DNA of 64,000 bases from Sulfurimonas sp. (GCF_028694605.1 NZ_JAQVKP010000009.1:28797-92796), one strand, 5' to 3'; numbered from the stretch's first letter, positions 18,937 through 27,606 are shown. Program-made: numbers and translations. The notes: generated from the sequence alone by a model not told the origin.

Positions 18937-18958
18937 GCTGGTGCTTTTTTGCGCCGGC
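18937..18958 (+). terminator. hairpin after rpsI (possible terminator)
   Basis: GCTGGTGC-TTTTTT-GCGCCGGC forms an 8-bp stem with two G.U pairs. There is no trailing U-run, so support is weak. Confidence 0.3.
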
Positions 18959-19022
18959 AACTTCTCCTTTAAAATTTTCCTTGTCATAACTTTGTTATAA
19001 TCTGCTCAAAAAAAGAGTAATT

Positions 19023-20519
19023 TTGCGCTATTTCCTATTTCTGTTTTTATCACTGCACCTTGTAGCCTCAACGCTTCATCTTGCAACTTCAACTAACCCA
19101 TCAAGATTAAATCCCATTCTGGCAACCGATTCAAGTTCGGCAGAGATATCGGGCTTTTTGTTTAATGGGCTTGTAAAGTATGACAAGGATTTGTCGGCAA
19201 TTGTCGGTGATTTGGCAAAGAGTTTTTACTTTGAAGATGATAAAACACTTATTTTTAAACTGCATGAAAATGTCAAGTGGCATGATGGCGAAAAATTGAG
19301 TGCCAATGATGTTATTTTTACCTACAACGTGCTTATTTCACCAAAGATAAGCTCACCTTACAGTGCAAATTTTAGGTTTGTGAGCAGTGTAGAAGCAGTT
19401 GATGCACTCACGGTTAGGGTAAGATATAAAGAGCCTTATTTTAAAGCACTTGAGATTTGGATGATGGGAATTTTGCCGGAACATCTGCTAAAAAACGAAC
19501 AAAACCTTATGAACTCATCTTTCAACACAAAACCTATCGGCACGGGTGCATATAAACTAGCACAGTTGGAGCACTCAAAAAATATTTTACTTGAAGCATT
19601 TGATGGCTATTTTGAAGGGCGTGCTAAGATTGATACTATCTCATTCCATGTTATTGCAGACCCTATGACACGCTTTTTGATGCTTAAATCCGGTGTACTT
19701 GACGTTGGAAGTATTGAGCCGATGCAGTACGAGAGACAGCTAAATAGCGGTTTTTTTGAAAAATTTAATATTTACGAAAATATCTCACAATCCTACACGT
19801 ATCTCGGTTTTAACCTGCGTAATGAAAAATTTCAAAATCCCAAAGTAAGAGAGGCGCTCTCTTTGGCTATCAACAGAGAAGAGCTAACTAACATTCTTTT
19901 TTTTAGCCATGCAAAGGTATGTACGGGTCCATTTTTGCCAAATACACCGGCGTTTAATGAAAATGTCAAAGCGCCAAAGCAAAACATACAAAGAGCAAAA
20001 GAGCTTCTTTCAGAGGCGGGGTATGATGCAAAAAATCCATTGATTTTTGAGATTGCAACTTCAAATTCAAGTGATATTAGACCCTATGCCGCACAGATTT
20101 TGCAGCATCAGCTCAAAGAAGCAGGAGTGGTTGTAACGCTTCGTGTGATGGAGTGGCAGGCATTTTTAAACATGGTGGTTTTTCCTCATAAGTTCGATAG
20201 CGTACTTCTTGGATGGGGACTTTCACCTACGCCCGACCCATATATGTTTTGGCATAGCAAAAGTGATAAAAAAGGTGGATTTAATCTTGTCGGCTATCAC
20301 GATGCCAAGATGGATGCTATGATAGAAGAGTCCCAAAGCATGGTTGATAGCAAAGAACTTTCTACTCTGTGGAGGGAGATGTTTGCCATGATAGCGAATG
20401 CAAATCCATATCTTTTTTTATTTATCCCAAACTCTATCACAGCGGTAAACAAAAGTATAAAAAATATTGAACCGACCCCAAGCGGTATCTGGCACAACTA
20501 CATAAAATGGGAGAAATGA
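19023..20519 (+). CDS. ABC transporter substrate-binding protein, family 5 (peptide/nickel Opp/Dpp type)
   Basis: Size and motifs ('NPILATDSSSAEISGFLFNGLVKYD', 'VKWHDGEKLSANDVIFTY') are typical of SBP_bac_5. TTG start. Confidence 0.8.
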   Translation: MRYFLFLFLSLHLVASTLHLATSTNPSRLNPILATDSSSAEISGFLFNGLVKYDKDLSAIVGDLAKSFYFEDDKTLIFKLHENVKWHDGEKLSANDVIFTYNVLISPKISSPYSANFRFVSSVEAVDALTVRVRYKEPYFKALEIWMMGILPEHLLKNEQNLMNSSFNTKPIGTGAYKLAQLEHSKNILLEAFDGYFEGRAKIDTISFHVIADPMTRFLMLKSGVLDVGSIEPMQYERQLNSGFFEKFNIYENISQSYTYLGFNLRNEKFQNPKVREALSLAINREELTNILFFSHAKVCTGPFLPNTPAFNENVKAPKQNIQRAKELLSEAGYDAKNPLIFEIATSNSSDIRPYAAQILQHQLKEAGVVVTLRVMEWQAFLNMVVFPHKFDSVLLGWGLSPTPDPYMFWHSKSDKKGGFNLVGYHDAKMDAMIEESQSMVDSKELSTLWREMFAMIANANPYLFLFIPNSITAVNKSIKNIEPTPSGIWHNYIKWEK

Positions 20520-20520
20520 T

Positions 20521-21171
20521 TTGATAATTTTGTTTGATTTAGATGGTACGCTTATTGATTCGACTGAGGCGATTTTAGAGTCGTTCCATCACTCTTTGGC
20601 GGTACACAATCTTCCTTCTCAAAAGGATACGAATATAAAGGCACTCATAGGATATCCGCTTGATATCATGTATGGAAATTTGGGGATTGATGCCATGCAT
20701 ATAGATGCTTTGATAGCGACTTATAAAGAGCATTACAGAGATATTTCAAGAGAAAAAACCGAGCTTTTGCAAAACGCAAAAGAGGCAGTTTTGTTGGCAA
20801 AAGAGTTTGCTACTTTAGGGATTGTAACGACAAAAACAGGCTACTATTCAAGAGTGCTTATGGAACATTTTGGGTTAATGCAACATTTTGATGTTTTGAT
20901 AGGAAGAGAGGATGTTCAAAATCCAAAACCTCATGCAGAGCCTATTTTTAGGGCTTTAGAAAAATTAGAGAGTGTCGGCAAAGAGATTTGGATGATTGGA
21001 GATACGAAACTTGATTTGATTGCCGCAAAAAATGCAGAGATAAATCCCATCGGAGTTTTGAGCGGCTATGGCACACATGAGTCATTGAAAGAGTTTACGG
21101 ATATGATATTTAATGATGCATTTGAAGCAATGAAGTATCTTCAAAAGAGAAAAAATAACACATTCTTATAG
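20521..21171 (+). CDS. HAD-family hydrolase (phosphoglycolate phosphatase-like)
   Basis: HAD motif I 'LFDLDGTLIDS' and motif III/IV 'KPHAEP...MIGDTKLD'. Confidence 0.8.
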   Translation: MIILFDLDGTLIDSTEAILESFHHSLAVHNLPSQKDTNIKALIGYPLDIMYGNLGIDAMHIDALIATYKEHYRDISREKTELLQNAKEAVLLAKEFATLGIVTTKTGYYSRVLMEHFGLMQHFDVLIGREDVQNPKPHAEPIFRALEKLESVGKEIWMIGDTKLDLIAAKNAEINPIGVLSGYGTHESLKEFTDMIFNDAFEAMKYLQKRKNNTFL

Positions 21172-21255
21172 GTTGGTAAAAAAGTAACACATATCAAGCT
21201 ATCTTTAAGAGCAACTAGTCTAAAATAAGAGGCTAATAAGAGAAAAGGAGAGTTT

Positions 21256-21813
21256 ATGCTAGAGATTAGATGGCATAGTCGTGCTGGACAAGGCGCTGTT
21301 ACGGGTGCTAAAGGTTTGGCTGATGTTATTTCTACAACAGGTAAGCATGTTCAAGCGTTTGCATTTTACGGATCTGCAAAACGAGGGGCTGCGATGACGG
21401 CTTATAACCGTGTAGATGATCAAGTGATTATGAATCACGAAAAATATATGAGACCTGACTATGTCTTTGTTATTGACCCTGCATTAGCGATAACAACAGA
21501 TGTGACCATCAACCACAAAGAGAGTACAAAGTATATCATCACAACCCACATGAGTACGGAGGAGCTAAAAAAAGCACAGCCAAAACTTGAAGGGAAGGAG
21601 GTTTATACTGTTGATTGTATCACAATTGCAAATGAAACTATCGGTCGTGCGATACCAAACACTCCTATGCTTGGCGCATTTATGAAAATTTCCGGAATGT
21701 ATGATATCGAGTTTTTCAAAGAGAGTATGAAAAGAGTTCTTGGAAAACTGCCGCAAAAAATTATCGATGCCAATATGCTTGCTATTCAGCGTGCATACGA
21801 TGAAGTGAAGTAA
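21256..21813 (+). CDS. porC: pyruvate:ferredoxin oxidoreductase, gamma subunit
   Basis: 'RWHSRAGQGAVTGAKGLA' gamma-subunit signature. First gene of a four-gene por operon. AGGAGAG RBS. Confidence 0.93.
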   Translation: MLEIRWHSRAGQGAVTGAKGLADVISTTGKHVQAFAFYGSAKRGAAMTAYNRVDDQVIMNHEKYMRPDYVFVIDPALAITTDVTINHKESTKYIITTHMSTEELKKAQPKLEGKEVYTVDCITIANETIGRAIPNTPMLGAFMKISGMYDIEFFKESMKRVLGKLPQKIIDANMLAIQRAYDEVK

Positions 21814-21820
21814 GGAGCTG

Positions 21821-22219
21821 ATGATGACAAAAAAAGGTTGGGATGAGTTTGAAATTGGGGCTATGCTTCGCACATTCAATGGAAAGATAGATGATATTGC
21901 CGGAACAAGACAAGAGGATCGCGCATACTCACAAAACAGTTCTTATACTGCAAGTGTAGCTGATTGGAGATTGATTAAGCCGGTATTTAACAAAGACTAC
22001 TGTATTGATTGTCAGTTTTGCTGGGTCTATTGTCCGGATGTATCAATAGTTTCAAGAGATAAAAAATTGATTGGTATTGATATGGATCACTGCAAAGGGT
22101 GCGGAATTTGTGTGGAAGTTTGTCCAACGAACCCAAAATCACTTCTAATGTTCCCGGAACAAGCAGATGGAGAGACAGAAATTGCTAATTGGCCTAAAAA
22201 AGATGAAGGGGAAGCGTAA
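21821..22219 (+). CDS. porD: pyruvate:ferredoxin oxidoreductase, delta (2x[4Fe-4S] ferredoxin) subunit
   Basis: Two ferredoxin motifs, 'CIDCQFCWVYCP' and 'CKGCGICVEVCP'. Confidence 0.93.
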   Translation: MMTKKGWDEFEIGAMLRTFNGKIDDIAGTRQEDRAYSQNSSYTASVADWRLIKPVFNKDYCIDCQFCWVYCPDVSIVSRDKKLIGIDMDHCKGCGICVEVCPTNPKSLLMFPEQADGETEIANWPKKDEGEA

Positions 22220-23442
22220 TGGCATTTGAAAAAATGGAATTAAAAGATATTGAAGTATGGGATGGAAACCGCGCGGCTGCTCAAGCGCTTAGACAAGCGC
22301 AGGTAGATGTTGTTGCAGCGTACCCGATTACACCATCAACACCTATTGTTGAGGGTTACGCACAGTTTACTGCCGATGGTTACGTAGAGGGTGAGTTTGT
22401 TATGGTTGAGTCTGAGCATGCAGCAATGAGTGCATGTATCGGTGCGGCTGCTGCAGGCGGGCGTGTTGCAACTGCTACCTCTTCTCAAGGTCTTGCACTT
22501 ATGTCCGAGACGCTCTATCAAGCGTCCGGTATGAGACTTCCTATAGTTCTTAACCTTGTAAATCGTGCACTCGCTTCACCGCTTAATGTAAACGGTGACC
22601 ACTCTGATATGTATATGGTTCGTGACAGCGGTTGGATACAGTTTGATGCTTACTGCCCGCAAGAGGCGTATGATCTCAACCTTATTGCTTTTAAAGTAAG
22701 TGAGGATCACGACATTAGACTTCCGGCGGTTGTCAACCAAGATGGTTTTATGACTTCTCACACGGCTCAAGGTGTGCATACGCTAAGCGATGATGCAGCA
22801 TATGGTTTTGTGGGTGAGTTTAAACCTATGAACGATATGCTTGATTTTGAACATCCTGTAACTCACGGTGTACAGACTGAAGAAGATTGGCACTTTGAGC
22901 ATAAAGCACGTCAGCATAACGACCTTATGACAAAGGTGTTTCCTAAGATAGAAGCAACATTTGCAGAGTTTGAAAAACTAACAGGTCGCAAGTATAACCT
23001 AGTTGAGAAATACGACATGGATGATGCGGATGTATGTGTTGTTTGTCTTGGAAGTTCTGTTGAGACTGCACGCGAGGTTGCCCGTGAAGCAAGAGCCGGG
23101 GGGATTAAAGCCGGTGTTGTAGGTCTTAGAGTATTCCGTCCTTTCCCGTTTATGCAGATTGCGGATGCACTCAAAGATGTTAAAGCTATAGCAACACTTG
23201 ACCGCTCATCTCCAAACGGTGCAGCCGGAGCACTCTTCAATGAAGTTGCCGGAGCACTTTTCAACACAGATACAAAGGCGCTTCTCTCTGGGTATATTTA
23301 TGGACTTGGCGGACGTGACTTGACAAAAGCCCATTTAACAGCACTCTTTAAAGAGCTGCAAGCAAACGTTGATGCTGGTAAAGTAACTACTCCGCTACAA
23401 CAATTTATCGGTGTTCGTGGACCGAAACTAGCGTATTTATAA
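22219..23442 (+). CDS. porA: pyruvate:ferredoxin oxidoreductase, alpha subunit
   Basis: 'GNRAAAQALRQAQVDVVAAYPITPSTPIVE' is the canonical N-terminus of a 2-oxoacid:ferredoxin oxidoreductase alpha subunit. Confidence 0.95.
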   Translation: MAFEKMELKDIEVWDGNRAAAQALRQAQVDVVAAYPITPSTPIVEGYAQFTADGYVEGEFVMVESEHAAMSACIGAAAAGGRVATATSSQGLALMSETLYQASGMRLPIVLNLVNRALASPLNVNGDHSDMYMVRDSGWIQFDAYCPQEAYDLNLIAFKVSEDHDIRLPAVVNQDGFMTSHTAQGVHTLSDDAAYGFVGEFKPMNDMLDFEHPVTHGVQTEEDWHFEHKARQHNDLMTKVFPKIEATFAEFEKLTGRKYNLVEKYDMDDADVCVVCLGSSVETAREVAREARAGGIKAGVVGLRVFRPFPFMQIADALKDVKAIATLDRSSPNGAAGALFNEVAGALFNTDTKALLSGYIYGLGGRDLTKAHLTALFKELQANVDAGKVTTPLQQFIGVRGPKLAYL

Positions 23443-23452
23443 GGAGACGAGC

Positions 23453-24409
23453 ATGAGTGAAATGAAAAATATAAAAAATTTAAAAGAGTTTTCAACATCG
23501 GCCGACCGTTTTGAGGGTGCGAATCTTTTATGTCCGGGGTGTGCACACTCTATCATTGTTCGTGAAATTTTAAATGCAACAAATGATGATATGATTCTCT
23601 CTGCTTCAACAGGTTGTCTTGAAGTTTGTACAGCGGTTTATCCATATACTTCATGGGATGCTTCTTGGATTCACATCGGATTTGAAAACAGCTCAACAGC
23701 GGTTGCAGGTGCTGAGACAATGCATAAAGTGTTAAAAAGAAAAGGGCGTCTAAAACAGCCGGATCGTAACCCTAAGTTTGTCTCTTTTGCAGGAGACGGC
23801 GCATCTTATGACATCGGGTTCCAGTGGATATCTGGATGTATGGAGCGCGGACACAACATAATGCACGTTGTTCTTGACAATGAGGTATATGCTAACACAG
23901 GCGGTCAGAGATCGTCATCTACTCCTATAGGCTCTTCTGCAACCACTTCACCTGCCGGTAAAAAAAGCTACGGTGAGAAGAGAAACAAAAAAGATATGAT
24001 GGGTATTATGGCAGCGCATGGGATTCCTTATGCTGCACAAGTTTCTCCAAACAAGTGGAAAGATATGGTAAAGAAAATTCAGCACGGTTTAGCTGTTGAG
24101 GGTCCTGTATTTATTAATGCTGTTTCTCCATGTACAACAGAGTGGAAATTTGACCCTAAAGATACTATGCATTTAGCAGATTTGGCGACAGATACACTCG
24201 TTTTCCCTCTCTATGAGATTATTGACGGAAGAGAGTTTAACATCACATATAGACCAAAAAATGTACTTCCTGTAGAGGAATATCTAGCAGCACAAGGACG
24301 TTTCAAGCATCTATTTAAAGATGAGTATAAATACCTAATCAAAGAGTGGCAAGAGCGTGTAGATGCTAAGTGGGCATACTTACAGCGCCGCGAAGAGGCA
24401 CGCGTTTAA
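23453..24409 (+). CDS. porB: pyruvate:ferredoxin oxidoreductase, beta (TPP-binding) subunit
   Basis: 'CPGCAHSI' cluster ligands and the TPP motif 'GDGASYDIGFQ...LDNEVYANTGGQRS'. Confidence 0.95.
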   Translation: MSEMKNIKNLKEFSTSADRFEGANLLCPGCAHSIIVREILNATNDDMILSASTGCLEVCTAVYPYTSWDASWIHIGFENSSTAVAGAETMHKVLKRKGRLKQPDRNPKFVSFAGDGASYDIGFQWISGCMERGHNIMHVVLDNEVYANTGGQRSSSTPIGSSATTSPAGKKSYGEKRNKKDMMGIMAAHGIPYAAQVSPNKWKDMVKKIQHGLAVEGPVFINAVSPCTTEWKFDPKDTMHLADLATDTLVFPLYEIIDGREFNITYRPKNVLPVEEYLAAQGRFKHLFKDEYKYLIKEWQERVDAKWAYLQRREEARV

Positions 24410-24432
24410 CTTTTGGCATTTTATGCCAAAGG
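24410..24432 (+). terminator. hairpin immediately after the porB stop
   Basis: CTTTTGGCAT-TTT-ATGCCAAAGG forms a 10-bp stem with one G.U pair. The downstream U-tract is weak. Confidence 0.45.
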
Positions 24433-24516
24433 CAATAATTTCATCTGTTTAGGAGTAATGGGTGGAAGCAGAAAGGAAACCCGCTCCGAAAAAGGAGCGT
24501 GTTAAAAAAGCCAAAT

Positions 24517-24648
24517 TTAGTAGATTTCTTGGCTTGGGTGGTTAGGTTTGTTTGTTTCAACAGTGCCGTTGTTTGTATCGTATGTTACGATTTCATCAGC
24601 AGCAAGTGCACCTAAAGCTAATGTGATTAGTAAAATCAATGTTTTCAT
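24517..24648 (-). CDS. unannotated small secreted peptide (43 aa): MKTLILLITLALGALAADEIVTYDTNNGTVETNKPNHPSQEIY
   Basis: My own translation of the minus strand. The ATG is preceded by AAGGA at 6 nt. There is a clear signal peptide with an A-L-A cleavage-type site. It is below the 60-aa cutoff of the ORF track. A 63-aa plus-strand ORF overlaps it but has no RBS. Confidence 0.5.
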   Translation of the reverse strand: MKTLILLITLALGALAADEIVTYDTNNGTVETNKPNHPSQEIY

Positions 24649-24878
24649 TGCGTATCCTTTTTTGTTAAGAGAGCGTTACCCTCTAGTTTTGATAAGCCAT
24701 TTTGGCAACATACCTTTTCTTATTTTCAAGAGAAGGTAACTTTTTAAATCGGAGAAATTTTATCCGATTTTACTTTTAGGTATTATAGAACTTTTAAAGC
24801 ATGTGTTTTATTTAAGTTTTTTTAATAGTGAGACTTCATCCATTGGTGAAGTTTTTTCATAACCGCCTAAAAAGGCAG

Positions 24879-25316
24879 TTATAGTTGCGTGTTTCCACAG
24901 TAAGGACATTTCTTTGCGGCTATTGGGATGCTCATGGCACATTCACTACAGATTTTATCTGCCGGCGGCGGGGGCGGAACTTCTTCTTTTGCTCTAAGTG
25001 TATTATAGCTTTTGACAAGCATGAACATAACTGTTCCCAAAATTAAAAAAGAGATAATGTCGTTGACAAAAACCCCGATTTTGATTGCCGGCGCTCCTGC
25101 TTTTTCAAGGTCGGCAAGTGTGTTGTAGCTGTTACCGTCAAGTGCCAAAAAGAGGTTTGAAAAATCAACCCTTCCAAGAAGCATACCTACCGGCGGCATA
25201 ATGATGTTTTTTACAAGCGACTGTACAAGCGTAGCAAACGCCGCACCAAAGATAAAACCAACAGCCATATCGACCATGTTTCCCTTGATAAGAAACTTTT
25301 TAAACTCTTCAAACAT
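24879..25316 (-). CDS. mscL: large-conductance mechanosensitive channel MscL with a C-terminal zinc-ribbon tail
   Basis: 'FKKFLIKGNMVDMAVGFIFGAAFATLVQSLVKNIIMPPVG' is canonical MscL. The C-terminus 'PPPPPADKICSECAMSIPIAAKKCPYCGN' is a CxxC...CxxC motif. Confidence 0.92.
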   Translation of the reverse strand: MFEEFKKFLIKGNMVDMAVGFIFGAAFATLVQSLVKNIIMPPVGMLLGRVDFSNLFLALDGNSYNTLADLEKAGAPAIKIGVFVNDIISFLILGTVMFMLVKSYNTLRAKEEVPPPPPADKICSECAMSIPIAAKKCPYCGNTQL

Positions 25317-25335
25317 TACATACTCCTTTTTTGCG

Positions 25336-25761
25336 TTAAGAAGGTATTTTACACCCTTTCATCATTTTTTTCCAATCAAGGTTGAAATTTTTGTTTATAT
25401 ATGCTTTGTGATGCGGGACAGTGCATTTGGAGCAGTCTTGATGTACTGCGCCGCCGTATCCGATAGTTGAACCGTTATGGATGTCGCAACGGCTTAGTAT
25501 CTTCATGCCGTTGTATATGCCAAGTCCGTTGTCGTCAAATCTGAAGTTTGGGCATCCGCAAAGATAGCAGTTTAGCTCTTGCATATTGTGGCATTTTTTG
25601 CCCTCTTTGTAGAGCGGACAAAAATCAATCTCCTCTTTTGCCATGTTTTCATACGTAAAGTAGTCGATAATCTGCTCTTGCGTAAAACCCTTTGCTACAA
25701 GTTTTTCTACTATCTTTAGATGTTTTTGGGCGTGTTGTTCAAACCACTCTTCATAGCTCAT
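25336..25761 (-). CDS. cysteine-rich small-domain protein (PF04071-like 'zf-like' motif), coupled to ycaO
   Basis: 'FCPLYKEGKKCHNMQELNCYLCGCPNF...CDIH...HQDCSKCTVPH' is a dense Cys/His pattern. Its start overlaps the ycaO stop by 4 bp. Confidence 0.6.
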   Translation of the reverse strand: MSYEEWFEQHAQKHLKIVEKLVAKGFTQEQIIDYFTYENMAKEEIDFCPLYKEGKKCHNMQELNCYLCGCPNFRFDDNGLGIYNGMKILSRCDIHNGSTIGYGGAVHQDCSKCTVPHHKAYINKNFNLDWKKMMKGCKIPS

Positions 25762-27380
25762 CGCACTATCTTCTCTTTTTTAGTACCAAGTCGGTCGTAC
25801 ATCGCTAACATGTTAGTGTAGTTGTTATGGAGTGTTATATCTACTAAAAACTCCTCGCCTGCCAAAACAGCGACCGCTTTTGTAACGGTGCTTTGTGTGA
25901 AAATGGCATAAAGTCCCTCTTTGTATTCAAGAAAATCAAGCTCCTCATCTTCCATGCGCACAAGCTCTGCAATTACGCGTCCAAGCTTGTTTGTTCCAAG
26001 TTCGAGAAGCTCTGTTGCAAGTTCTCGCTCATCTAAAAGAAGATATATCTGTGCTTTGAACTCCGCCATGGTAAAAGGCTCTTTGAAAATAACTCCTATA
26101 TATTTTCCTACATCAAGTGAGGCATCAAGAGACTCTATGGCATCTAAAATCTCATCTGCATTATAGTCGCTAAAGTTTAAAACCATATCGCGGATAGCTT
26201 TGGCGCTGTTTTTGTTGTTATAGATGAGGTCTTCCATTGGGTACACTTCCGAGAGGCTTGGGATGAGGATTTGGCATGCATAAAACCCGAGATAGTCATA
26301 CTCTCTTATATATATCTGCTTTTCTAGCTTTTTTGCAATACTCACCAAAAAAACAAACTCCTTTTCTCTTGAGTCTCCCTCATACTGCCAAGGTGCAAAT
26401 TCAAAACTCTTTTTTGCGCTTAAAAATCCAAATCCAAGCTTCCCGTTGGAGTCCACGAAATGGGACTCTAAGTTGAAACTATCTGCAACGATGCTCATAT
26501 CAAATGTCGGTGTCTCAAAGCCGTCCAAACTATCCAAATCCCGCCCCTGCATAAGTTCGGTCATGGTTCTCTCCAAAGAGACCTCCAGTATAGGATGCGC
26601 TCCGAAAGAGACAAAAAGCGTTGCGTTTTTTGGGTTTATAAGTGAGATGGCGGTAACGGGAAACACTCCGCCCAGCGAAGCATCAAGCACATCAACGATG
26701 TAACCCCTCTCTCTTAGTGCCTCAACATCGGCATAAACTTTCTCAAATGATGCAAGAACTTCATGCGGAAAATGCGGAAGTGCGTAACCGTTTTTTATGA
26801 TTTTGATTTTTGCATAGCGTTCGTAAATTTCGCTAAGTGCTTGAATCTGCGCCTCTTTTGGAGTGTTTCCTGCCGCTAGACCATTGCTTACATATAGGTT
26901 ATTTAAGATATTGACAGGGAAATAGATTTTTTCGCCATCCTCTAGCCGCTCAAAGGGCAGAGCAGCGATTTTATCCTCATAGTCACTGTTGAAATCAACC
27001 AAGTCTTCATCGCTAAGTTCGCCCTCTGGGTCGTAAATACTAAGCAGTTCGTCATCCAAAAAATTCCCGCCGAACTTAAAAGCAACTTCATCAGGGTAGT
27101 GTTTACGTGATGGAAGATAAAAATCGCTAAAAAAGTTATTTGTCTGCAACCGCTCTATAAATTCACCAAGCGCACTAGCTATGGAGGCTTCACTTGAAAT
27201 CCCTTTGCCGTTGGAGTAGATATGCTGCGGTGCTTGCTCAGAGGCAAGATTTAGGGAGTAACAGTTTTGTAGAGGATGCTTTGTTTGTGAAAAAATGGTT
27301 TTACACCCCACATCCTCAAGCACTTTTTGCATCTTTGCGATGGACTCTTCCAGCGGAGCTGTTTTTGATAGTAGGTTCAT
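25758..27380 (-). CDS. ycaO: YcaO-family protein (E. coli YcaO-type, non-TOMM architecture)
   Basis: The N-terminus 'LEESIAKMQKVLEDVGC...SNGKGISSEASIASALGEFIERLQTNNFFSDFYLP' aligns by eye to E. coli YcaO ('...TNGKGATKKAALASALGEYFERLSTNYFFADFWLG'). Confidence 0.85.
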   Translation of the reverse strand: MNLLSKTAPLEESIAKMQKVLEDVGCKTIFSQTKHPLQNCYSLNLASEQAPQHIYSNGKGISSEASIASALGEFIERLQTNNFFSDFYLPSRKHYPDEVAFKFGGNFLDDELLSIYDPEGELSDEDLVDFNSDYEDKIAALPFERLEDGEKIYFPVNILNNLYVSNGLAAGNTPKEAQIQALSEIYERYAKIKIIKNGYALPHFPHEVLASFEKVYADVEALRERGYIVDVLDASLGGVFPVTAISLINPKNATLFVSFGAHPILEVSLERTMTELMQGRDLDSLDGFETPTFDMSIVADSFNLESHFVDSNGKLGFGFLSAKKSFEFAPWQYEGDSREKEFVFLVSIAKKLEKQIYIREYDYLGFYACQILIPSLSEVYPMEDLIYNNKNSAKAIRDMVLNFSDYNADEILDAIESLDASLDVGKYIGVIFKEPFTMAEFKAQIYLLLDERELATELLELGTNKLGRVIAELVRMEDEELDFLEYKEGLYAIFTQSTVTKAVAVLAGEEFLVDITLHNNYTNMLAMYDRLGTKKEKIVR

Positions 27381-27452
27381 AGTCAGTCTTTGTTTTTAAA
27401 CGATTTTACCAAAAAAGCGATGATAAAAAGCTAGGCCGTGAAAAATTTATAT

Positions 27453-27574
27453 TAGACTTCTTTTATAACCCTAAAATAAGTACTTTCTCCGTTCGCCCTG
27501 AGCTTGTCGAAGGGTGATTGAAGCAACATGGTTCGACAAGCTCACCATGAACGGGCATAAGATTAAGAAGTCTA
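27453..27574. mobile_element. MITE/REP-like nested palindromic element (~122 bp)
   Basis: Outer inverted repeat TAGACTTCTT (27453-62) / AAGAAGTCTA (27565-74). Inner imperfect palindrome CCGTTCGCCCTGAGCTTGTCGAA (27489-27511) / TTCGACAAGCTCACCATGAACGG (27532-27554). Confidence 0.7.
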
Positions 27575-27606
27575 TTGAAAAATATTTTTTAAAGAGGGTT
27601 GGATTG

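Noticed and set aside
24440-24510. 15-codon ORF (MGGSRKETRSEKGAC) and the GCTCC-GAAAAA-GGAGC hairpin after porB
   Set aside because: - The AGGAG is only 2 nt from the ATG, which is too close.
- The hairpin is a short 5-bp stem.
- It is probably just part of the terminator region shared with the convergent small-peptide gene.
24548-24739. 63-aa plus-strand ORF in the por-mscL spacer
   Set aside because: - It has no RBS and uses a TTG-type start.
- Its hydrophobic composition mirrors the better-supported minus-strand signal-peptide ORF (24517-24648).
- I kept it only as a hint of possible antisense transcription.
27528-27560. Tiny ORF ATGGTTCGACAAGCTCACCATGAACGGGCATAA (MVRQAHHERA) inside the palindromic element
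   Set aside because: - It is a by-product of the repeat sequence.
- It has no RBS, and the same element reads as ORF-like on both strands.
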